Made by a program: the position numbers and the translations under genes
In this document: positions 30,967 through 38,745 of the stretch, in pieces
Position numbering within the stretch: the first letter of the stretch is position 1
How the letters are laid out: the number at the start of each line of letters is the position of its first letter
The notes under the pieces: model-generated
The model's database searches: none
Told to the model about the DNA's origin: nothing
Seen by the model: only the letters and a program-made list of their open reading frames with translations
Source of the DNA: Bacteroides sp. SM23_62_1
Lineage (GTDB): Bacteria > Bacteroidota > Bacteroidia > Bacteroidales > SM23-62
DNA length: 61,418 nt
Assembly (NCBI GenBank): GCA_001304505.1
Contig: LJUQ01000012.1
Coordinates: forward strand, 1-61,418
Direction: 5' to 3'

Positions 30967-32749
30967 AATATATTACAAGCATAAATTGTACAAATCCCAA
31001 AAAATAAAAATAGGCCCTACCAGTATTGGAGGAGATGCCCCCATCCGTGTCCAGTCAATGACCACTACCAGTATACTGGATACAGAGAAAACTATAGACC
31101 AGTGTATTAGAATAATCAACGCAGGTGCTGATTTTGTCAGGCTCAGCGTCCGAAGTATGAAGGAAGCTGAAAATCTAAGGATCATTCAAAATAAACTCAG
31201 AGATAAAGGAATAAATAATTCATTGATTGCAGATGTTCATTTTAATCCCAAAATAGCAGTTGCTGCAGCAAATATTGTTGATAAGGTAAGGATAAATCCC
31301 GGAAATTTTGCTGATGACAGTATCAGGGAAAAGCTTATTCCTTTGCTTAATTGTTGCAGACAGAGCGGAACTGCTATCAGGATTGGAGTCAACCATGGAT
31401 CACTGTCAAACCATATATTGAATAAATACGGCGCTACACCGGAGGGAATGATTGAATCCGCCATGGAATATCTCAGGATCTGCATGGAGGAAAATTTTTT
31501 TAACCTGGTGGTATCACTCAAATCAAGCAATACCAGGATAATGATTCACGCTAACAGGCTCCTGGTAAAGAGGATGATGGAAGAAAACATGAATTTCCCC
31601 CTGCACCTTGGTGTAACCGAATCAGGTGAAGGAGAGGATGGAAGGATCCGCTCTGCCGCAGGAATAGGGACATTGCTTGCTGAAGGAATAGGCGATACAA
31701 TAAGGCTGTCACTTACGGAAGATCCGGAAAATGAAATAGCAGCTGCCCTGAAACTTTTACATAATGGAAAAGGCAGGTTGAAAATAATCACTGATAAACC
31801 TGCCTGGAATGAGTATCATTATTCAAAACGAAAAACAAATGAAATATTGGATATTGGTGGAAGGAATGTGCCTGTTGTTGTATCTTCCATTCCTGTTATA
31901 AAAGGAACAAAACTAGATGATGATGCAATCATTGCTGACTTTCTCTATTCATCAAATCCTGATTTTCATTTAGTACATGAAAAATCTTCCTTCATTACGG
32001 ATGCTCCAGGCTGGCAAAGCCATGGATCTGAATTTAATAAACTCTATCCCTCCTTTAACCGGGAGGAATTCATGAAAACATCTTATAGATCTGAATCACT
32101 CAATTTTATCCAAATCCATCCGGAAGAAATCAATAATCACCTGCTAGATAATCTTACAGAATTTAGTAATATCGTATTCATATTATTATGTCAACCTGGT
32201 AAACGAAATAAATTAATCCGGGCATTCAATCTACTTTACCAGTCCGGTTTGCCTGTCCCTGTTATATTAAAATCAGAATATCCCTGTAGTGATAAAGAAC
32301 TTTATATCCTGAAAGCTGCCTCAGACCTTGGTATGTTTTTTACCGACGGCCTGGCAAATGGATTATGGCTTGAAAATCCAAATTTTCCCTCCGGCGAAAA
32401 TGTGAACCTTACATTCCAGATCTTACAGGCAACAAGGGCCAGGATGTTCAAAACTGAATACATTGCCTGCCCGTCGTGTGGGCGGACCTTATTTAACATA
32501 CAGGATACACTTGCCAGGGTTAAAAATTCCACTCATCATCTTAAACACCTTACAATTGCCGTGATGGGATGTATCGTTAATGGGCCGGGGGAAATGGCTG
32601 ATGCTGACTACGGATTTGTTGGCAGTGGCCCGGAAAAGATAACTTTATATAAGGATAAACAACCTATAAAGAAAAATATCCCTGCACAGTATGCCGTTGA
32701 GGAATTGATTAATTTAATTAAAGAATGTGGTGATTGGATTGAAAAATAA
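30950..32749 (+). CDS. ispG: (E)-4-hydroxy-3-methylbut-2-enyl-diphosphate synthase, long form; true start may be TTG 30986
   Basis: 'IRVQSMT', 'ADVHF', 'RINPGN', 'RIGVNHGSLS', 'PLHLGVTE', 'GIGDTIR', 'CPSCGRT', 'MGCIVNGPGE'. Confidence 0.95.
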   Translation: MILYKPIYYKHKLYKSQKIKIGPTSIGGDAPIRVQSMTTTSILDTEKTIDQCIRIINAGADFVRLSVRSMKEAENLRIIQNKLRDKGINNSLIADVHFNPKIAVAAANIVDKVRINPGNFADDSIREKLIPLLNCCRQSGTAIRIGVNHGSLSNHILNKYGATPEGMIESAMEYLRICMEENFFNLVVSLKSSNTRIMIHANRLLVKRMMEENMNFPLHLGVTESGEGEDGRIRSAAGIGTLLAEGIGDTIRLSLTEDPENEIAAALKLLHNGKGRLKIITDKPAWNEYHYSKRKTNEILDIGGRNVPVVVSSIPVIKGTKLDDDAIIADFLYSSNPDFHLVHEKSSFITDAPGWQSHGSEFNKLYPSFNREEFMKTSYRSESLNFIQIHPEEINNHLLDNLTEFSNIVFILLCQPGKRNKLIRAFNLLYQSGLPVPVILKSEYPCSDKELYILKAASDLGMFFTDGLANGLWLENPNFPSGENVNLTFQILQATRARMFKTEYIACPSCGRTLFNIQDTLARVKNSTHHLKHLTIAVMGCIVNGPGEMADADYGFVGSGPEKITLYKDKQPIKKNIPAQYAVEELINLIKECGDWIEK

Positions 32750-32805
32750 GAGTTATCAAAGGTTTTGTATTTTTTCTAATTTAAATATCCTGAATAAACA
32801 TATAT

Positions 32806-32945
32806 TTATTGCCGATTTCACCGATTATAAAGCAGATTCCGCCGGTCATAAATAACCGGGATTTTAAATATCCGCGAAATCTGCGTTAATATCTGAGGTA
32901 ATCCCTGCCTGCGTGCCGAAGCACTTCGGCAGGCAGGGGCGAGAA
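32806..32945. repeat. Palindromic element with GC(A/C)GAT / ATC(T/G)GCG units, interrupted by a 34-bp CCTGCC insert (32904-32937)
   Basis: Left: gccgat, caccgat, gcagat, gccggt. Right: atccgcg, atctgcg, atctgag, atc[insert]ggcgagaa. Confidence 0.7.
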
Positions 32946-32989
32946 GCCTTATATATCAAATATTAATATATTAATTCGTTGTTTTAATT

Positions 32990-33631
32990 ATGATCGATCT
33001 GAAAAACATTAAAAACATCATCCTTGACCTGGGAAGGGTTATTCTTGAAATCCACCTTGAAAAAACCATCATTGCATTTAAAGAATTTGGCATCCCTCAG
33101 ATTGATGATCTTGATATCGTATTTGCCAGGTATCCTTTTTTTTACCATTTTGAAATAGGAACAATCCGTCCTGAACAGTTTATATCCGAAATCCGGAAAG
33201 CTTCCGGAAATAATATACCGGATCATGTTATTGCTGATGCCTGGAATGCGATGATCGGGGGATTCATCGATGGATCGATTGATACAATCATGAAGTTAAA
33301 ATTAAAATACCGGGTGTTCCTGCTCAGTAATACCAATGCAATGCATGAAATAGTATACAATAACCATCTGAAAAAGGATCATGGTATTGCAAATCTTTCA
33401 GAATTATTTGAAAAAGTATATTATTCCCACACCCTTCATATGAGTAAACCCGATATCAAAATATTTGAATATGTTTTGAAAGACAGTAATCTTGTTCCGG
33501 AAGAAACCTTATTTGTTGATGATCTCCTGATTCATATTGAAAATGCAGCTAAACTTGGAATACAAACATATCAACTTGTGCCTCCACTACAGATAAAGGA
33601 TATATTCTTTCAGGTCACAGAGAACCTATGA
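32990..33631 (+). CDS. HAD-superfamily phosphatase (YihX-like)
   Basis: 'ILDLGRV' motif I, 'LLSNTN', 'KPD', 'FVDD'. Confidence 0.88.
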   Translation: MIDLKNIKNIILDLGRVILEIHLEKTIIAFKEFGIPQIDDLDIVFARYPFFYHFEIGTIRPEQFISEIRKASGNNIPDHVIADAWNAMIGGFIDGSIDTIMKLKLKYRVFLLSNTNAMHEIVYNNHLKKDHGIANLSELFEKVYYSHTLHMSKPDIKIFEYVLKDSNLVPEETLFVDDLLIHIENAAKLGIQTYQLVPPLQIKDIFFQVTENL

Positions 33632-33697
33632 GACAAAATAGATCCACAGAGTTTTTTCTTTGTGGTTATTATAAAATCTCTGATGCCCTCTGTGCGC
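33613..33697. repeat. CACAGAG-unit palindrome, empty copy 3
   Basis: GGTCACAGAG AACCTATGAG ACAAAATAG ATCCACAGAG / CTTTGTGGTT ATTATAAAAT CTCTGATGCC CTCTGTGCGC. Confidence 0.78.
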
Positions 33698-33713
33698 TGA
33701 ATTATTATGTTTT

Positions 33714-34820
33714 ATGTTAATTAACGGAAAAGCATATCAGGCAATCTGGCTTGATGAGACAGACCAAAAAACTGTCAGATTCATCAATCAGAATGAACTC
33801 CCTTTCCGGTTTGTCATTGACGAACTTCATACTGCACAGGATGCATTGAATGCTATCCGGGAAATGAAAGTAAGAGGCGCACCACTAATCGGTGTAACCG
33901 CAGCATTTGGTATTTATCTTGCAACCCTCGAAGCAGTAAAAAATAAAGATCCCTTACAAAATATTTTCTCCTTCGCTGAAAAACTGCGTAACGTCCGGCC
34001 AACAGCTGTTAATCTTGACTTTGCAGTAAATCGTCTGACCGAGACTATCAGATCTTTTACAAATCCCGAAAAATTACCCGAAGCAACATTGAAGGCCACT
34101 TTAAATATCCTGAATGATGAAACAGAATCATGCCGGCAGATAGGGCTTCATGGATTCACTGTTTTAGATACGATATATAAAGAAAAATCCAAAAAAACCG
34201 TGAATATATTAACTCATTGCAATGCAGGATGGCTTGCCTGTATTGATTATGGAACCGCCACAGCCCCTATATATATGGCATACGATCATGGTATCCCCGT
34301 CCATGTGTGGGTTGATGAAACCCGCCCAAGGAACCAGGGAAGCCGGCTAACTGCCTGGGAACTTTTACAGCATGGTGTTCCCCATACTGTGATTGTCGAT
34401 AATGCAGGAGGTCATCTTATGCAACATGGGTTGGTTGACCTGGTAATCGTAGGAAGTGATCGCACAACCCGTTCAGGTGATGTGGCCAATAAAATCGGAA
34501 CCTATCTGAAAGCACTGGCAGCAAAAGATAATCATGTGCCCTTTTATGTCGCCCTCCCATCATCCTCAATAGATTTTTCGATTCGGAATGGCTTCCGTGA
34601 AATTCCTATCGAACAAAGAGATCCGGATGAGGTCAGATATATAGAAGGTCTTGACCAATCCGAAAGAAAGAAGGTATTGACCATGGATCCTGCCAGCCCT
34701 GTTTCCAATTATGGTTTTGACGTAACCCCTGCCAGGCTCATATCTGGATTAATTACTGAAAGAGGAATATGCGAAGCTTCTGAAAAAGGCCTGGCCGAAC
34801 TGTTTCAGGAAAAATTCTAG
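33714..34820 (+). CDS. mtnA: S-methyl-5-thioribose-1-phosphate isomerase
   Basis: 'VRGAPLIG', 'RPTAVNL', 'LTHCNAG', 'DETRPRNQG', 'GDVANKIGT', 'FDVTP'. Confidence 0.95.
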   Translation: MLINGKAYQAIWLDETDQKTVRFINQNELPFRFVIDELHTAQDALNAIREMKVRGAPLIGVTAAFGIYLATLEAVKNKDPLQNIFSFAEKLRNVRPTAVNLDFAVNRLTETIRSFTNPEKLPEATLKATLNILNDETESCRQIGLHGFTVLDTIYKEKSKKTVNILTHCNAGWLACIDYGTATAPIYMAYDHGIPVHVWVDETRPRNQGSRLTAWELLQHGVPHTVIVDNAGGHLMQHGLVDLVIVGSDRTTRSGDVANKIGTYLKALAAKDNHVPFYVALPSSSIDFSIRNGFREIPIEQRDPDEVRYIEGLDQSERKKVLTMDPASPVSNYGFDVTPARLISGLITERGICEASEKGLAELFQEKF

Positions 34821-34833
34821 AAATTATTTTCAA

Positions 34834-35300
34834 GGTCACAGAGGCTCACAGAGAATAAAGAGTGCCACAGAGATTAGTTTATGATCCTTTTAAGGCCATC
34901 TTTTAATCGAAGTACGTTAATATTAATTAATAATCCTAATTTGTAATTTCCTAACTTTAAGTAAGTTATGACTTGTGCTGTATGAATAATATTTATTGCT
35001 TCAACTGCTTTTAACTCGACAACCACTTTATCCTCAACCAACCAATCTATTCTGTAGCCATAATTAATAATAACTTCTTCATATTCAAGTGGTAAGATGA
35101 CTTTCTTCCTGACAAACAAACCACTTTTTGTTAAATCATAATATAAGCATTCCTTATAGGCATTTTCAAGCATACCAGGTCCAAATCTTTTATGTACCTT
35201 GATAGCACAATTGATAATTTTGCCAGTAATTATATTTAGTTCCATATTCTTTTCATTTTGACTCTGTGGTTCTCAGATTTCTCTGTGATACTCCGTGACC
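34834..35300. mobile_element. Putative GxxExxY-nuclease cassette bounded by 39-bp inverted CACAGAG-unit arms
   Basis: Left arm 34834-34872 GGTCACAGAG GCTCACAGAG AATAAAGAG TGCCACAGAG; right arm 35262-35300 CTCTGTGGTT CTCAGATTT CTCTGTGATA CTCCGTGACC. The arms are seen directly; mobility is inferred. Confidence 0.6.
34874..35245 (-). CDS. GxxExxY family protein (PD-(D/E)xK nuclease fold)
   Basis: 'VHKRFGPGMLENAY' (GxxExxY), 'RIDWLVEDKVVVELKA', 'AQVITYLK', 'GLLIN'. Confidence 0.92.
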   Translation of the reverse strand: MELNIITGKIINCAIKVHKRFGPGMLENAYKECLYYDLTKSGLFVRKKVILPLEYEEVIINYGYRIDWLVEDKVVVELKAVEAINIIHTAQVITYLKLGNYKLGLLININVLRLKDGLKRIIN

Positions 35301-35382
35301 TCTATATCTTTATCCCAAAAACTATGAATTATCGGTATCCTTTGTCTTTATTTTTGATTAACTTTTAAAACTTATTGATCGT

Positions 35383-36126
35383 ATGAAAATAGCTATCATT
35401 TCAGATATCCATTCAGACATCCGGAGCCTTGAAAAAGCATTGAAAATGATAAGAAAAACAGGCTTTGACCAGCTTGTTTGCCTGGGTGATATTGCCGGAT
35501 ATAGCCACCATTATCATAAAGATCTGGATGGCAGGGATTCCAATGGTTGTATCGAGATGGTTGAAGAAACATGTAACATTACCATAGCAGGTAACCACGA
35601 CCATTATTGGTCCGGGAAGCTCCCGGTTTACCTGAAGAAAAAAATATATCCAGATAACTGGTTTGAGCTTGACCTGTCAGAACAAATAAAAATCTCACGT
35701 AATACCATCTGGCTTTATCATGACGAAATAAAGGATACCATCAATGATGATCACATACAGTTTCTCGCATCCCTTCCTGAAACACATATTTTTCCCGTTG
35801 AGAATTTCACTATCCTTTTCTCTCATTTTCTCTATCCGGATCTTACCGGGGCCACAAAATTTTTCCCTTCAAAAATCGGTCATTTCAGGCCTCATTTAAA
35901 ATACATGAAGCAGCAAAAAAGTCTGTATGGAATTATGGGGCATGGCCACCTGCAGGGATATTCCATTACCTCCAGGAAGCAATTCAGATATAATTATTTT
36001 GGTAAAACAGGGCTGGATTTAATCCCGCAGATCATAATAGGCCCGGCGATTACCAGGGGAGATAGCAAAAATGGCTTTATGATTCTGAATACTTCAATAC
36101 CGGAGCTGGAGGTTATTCAAATATAA
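35383..36126 (+). CDS. Calcineurin-like metallophosphoesterase
   Basis: 'ISDIH', 'LGDI', 'GNHD', 'SH', 'GHGH'. Confidence 0.88.
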   Translation: MKIAIISDIHSDIRSLEKALKMIRKTGFDQLVCLGDIAGYSHHYHKDLDGRDSNGCIEMVEETCNITIAGNHDHYWSGKLPVYLKKKIYPDNWFELDLSEQIKISRNTIWLYHDEIKDTINDDHIQFLASLPETHIFPVENFTILFSHFLYPDLTGATKFFPSKIGHFRPHLKYMKQQKSLYGIMGHGHLQGYSITSRKQFRYNYFGKTGLDLIPQIIIGPAITRGDSKNGFMILNTSIPELEVIQI

Positions 36127-36183
36127 CAATATTCAAGGATTCACTTTTAGCCACCCTTAGATAAAAATACAGAACAATTAAAT

Positions 36184-36191
36184 TAACTTTG
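36184..36191 (+). promoter_or_regulatory. Bacteroidota -7 promoter element (TAACTTTG)
   Basis: TAnnTTTG 24 nt before ATG 36216. Confidence 0.45.
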
Positions 36192-36215
36192 TATTCCTAA
36201 ATACCCGTTAATAAA

Positions 36216-38744
36216 ATGGATGAATCCGGGTTTCGGTTCAGATATATAATCAGTTATATTCTTCCTGCATTCCTGACAATTGCGCTATTTATTTTCATAT
36301 TCTTCTTAGTTATTATTCCCTGGTTCGAATCCTGCTTGTTTGACCGTAAGCGTGAAATGATCCGTGAACTGACCTATTCAACAATCAGTATCATCGATAA
36401 TCTGAATAAGGAAACATCCACTGATTCTCTTTCTGCTGTTGAGGCCCGGAAGCAGGCCATAGATGTTATCCGGAATATGCGATATGGTGAAGAACTGAAA
36501 GATTATTTCTGGATCACAGATACAGTACCTGTAATGATCCTTCATCCCTACAGGAATGATTTGGAGGGTAAAAGGCTGGACGATTATAAAGATCCTAAGG
36601 GTAAAGCTTTATTCATAGAATTTGTAAAGGTTACAAAAGAAAAGGGTGAGGGATATGTAGATTATATGTGGCAATGGAAAGATGACTCCACCTTGATTGT
36701 TCCTAAATTATCATTTGTGAAATTATATGAACCATGGGGATGGATTATAGGAACTGGCATATATATTGAAGATGTAAAGCAGGAAATTTACAGGAGGAAA
36801 ATCCACCTTGCCATGATATCAGGTGGTATCATCCTGGTTATAACCATATTACTATCATTTATTATCAGACAAAGCCTTAAATCAGAAAGAATCAGAGAAC
36901 AGGCTGAAGAAGAACTCGAACTTTCAAAAGAGAAATACCAGGCTCTCATCGACACGTCTCCTGAAGGGACCATCATGTATATTGATGGCAGGTTTGTTTA
37001 TTCCAATATCATTTTCCTGGCCATGACAGGATACACACAACATGAGATATCACAGTTAAATTTCAGGGATATTTTCTACATCAAAACTGATCCTGATTTT
37101 TCAATTGCCAAACTTCGTAAAATATTAAATGAATCAGGTAAAACAATGAATTTCGAGGCACAGGCCAGGAATAAGGATGGAAAGTACCGGGATGTGATTG
37201 TGATGGCATCTGCTATCACTTACCTCGATAAAGAAGGCATTATTTTTATTACCAAGGATATCAGCCGGAGACAAAAATATGGGATTGAAAAAGAAACACT
37301 GACCGATGAATTACAATCATCACTTCTTTTGATGAATTTACCGGTAACATCTTTCATGAAAGAACATATAAAATGTAATATGAACCAGAGTATCTATGAT
37401 GCTGCGATACTCATGAACCGTAAAAACCAGGATGCTATCCTGGTTACCAAGGATGACAGGAATTACATTGGCATTATTACCGATTCTGATCTCCGGAACC
37501 GTGTGGTAGCAGGTGAATATCCGTTCACTAACCCGGTATATGAAATCATGAGCTCTCCTCTCATTACAATACCCGACCAGGCTTTATTGTACGAAGCCAT
37601 CCTTCTTGTTGAAGAAAAAAAGATCTCTCATCTTGCTGTTTCAGGTAAATCGGGTGATATCGTTGGTATCTTCAGTAACGAAGATCTTATCGAAGTTCAG
37701 AGAAATTCCATTTCATACCTGATTAAAGAAATTAAAAATGTAAGAACAGTCGAAAATCTTAAAAATATACATCAAAAAGTGCCGGGACTAGTAAAGATCC
37801 TCCTTGATAGCGGTGCCCGGATACAGAATATTACTCACCTGATCAGCACCATAACAGATGCTATTACAGAACGTGTTATTGAATTTGCCGTGGAAGAAAT
37901 GGGAGCGCCCCCTGTCAGATTTGCATTCCTCGTACTTGGCAGTGAGGGACGCAGGGAACAAACTATGGTCACGGATCAGGATAATGCCATCATCTATGAG
38001 GATGTTTCCTATGATAAAATATCAGAAATAAATAAGTACTTCCTTTACTTTGGACAAAAAATTAACCTCTGGCTCGACAGAATAGGATATAATTACTGTA
38101 GAGGTGATATCATGGCCGGTAATCCACAATGGTGCCAGCCTGTTTCAAAATGGAAGGATTATTTTTCCAACTGGATTCAGAACGAGACACGGGATAGTTC
38201 TCTTGGTATATCTATCTTCTTTGACTTTCGTACCGTCTACGGTGATCATCAATTCGCCGAACAACTCCGTTCCCATATCGATAAGATCTCCTACGACAAG
38301 CCGGACTTCTACCAGAGAATGGCACAGGATACCCTGAAATATAAACTGCCTCTGAATATATTTAAATCCGCTTCGGTTGATTCGCCAGGAGCTAAACCAG
38401 AAACGATGGACCTCAAAACAGGAATTATGCCTGTGACTGACTTTGCACGCATATACTCACTTTATCACCGGATAATAGAAACAAATACAATTCTGCGTAT
38501 TGAAAAAATATTCCAAAAAGGTGAGATTAATAAATCAGAATATGATGAAATCACACATGCCTATGATTTCCTTATGGGCCTCCGCTTTAAAATACAATTG
38601 GCTTCTATCCTGAATAATGAGATCCCTAAAAATATAATTTCCTCACAGGATCTGACGGAAATAGAGCGAAGTATGACTCGCAATATTTTTTCCAGAATTT
38701 CCGGTTTCCAGACCAAACTGACTAATGATCTGAAATGGAGCTGA
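36216..38744 (+). CDS. Membrane sensor: TM-sCache_2-TM-PAS-CBS pair-DUF294/DUF294_C putative nucleotidyltransferase
   Basis: Cache 'YFWI...HPY...DPKGK...GEGYVDYMW...PKLSFVKLYEPWGWIIGTGIY'; PAS ending 'KDIS'; CBS 'GIITDSDLRNRVVA...IMSSPLITI'; NTase 'GSEGRREQTMVTDQDNAI', 'IMAGNPQWC', 'FFDFRTVYGD'. Confidence 0.85.
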   Translation: MDESGFRFRYIISYILPAFLTIALFIFIFFLVIIPWFESCLFDRKREMIRELTYSTISIIDNLNKETSTDSLSAVEARKQAIDVIRNMRYGEELKDYFWITDTVPVMILHPYRNDLEGKRLDDYKDPKGKALFIEFVKVTKEKGEGYVDYMWQWKDDSTLIVPKLSFVKLYEPWGWIIGTGIYIEDVKQEIYRRKIHLAMISGGIILVITILLSFIIRQSLKSERIREQAEEELELSKEKYQALIDTSPEGTIMYIDGRFVYSNIIFLAMTGYTQHEISQLNFRDIFYIKTDPDFSIAKLRKILNESGKTMNFEAQARNKDGKYRDVIVMASAITYLDKEGIIFITKDISRRQKYGIEKETLTDELQSSLLLMNLPVTSFMKEHIKCNMNQSIYDAAILMNRKNQDAILVTKDDRNYIGIITDSDLRNRVVAGEYPFTNPVYEIMSSPLITIPDQALLYEAILLVEEKKISHLAVSGKSGDIVGIFSNEDLIEVQRNSISYLIKEIKNVRTVENLKNIHQKVPGLVKILLDSGARIQNITHLISTITDAITERVIEFAVEEMGAPPVRFAFLVLGSEGRREQTMVTDQDNAIIYEDVSYDKISEINKYFLYFGQKINLWLDRIGYNYCRGDIMAGNPQWCQPVSKWKDYFSNWIQNETRDSSLGISIFFDFRTVYGDHQFAEQLRSHIDKISYDKPDFYQRMAQDTLKYKLPLNIFKSASVDSPGAKPETMDLKTGIMPVTDFARIYSLYHRIIETNTILRIEKIFQKGEINKSEYDEITHAYDFLMGLRFKIQLASILNNEIPKNIISSQDLTEIERSMTRNIFSRISGFQTKLTNDLKWS

Positions 38745-38745
38745 T

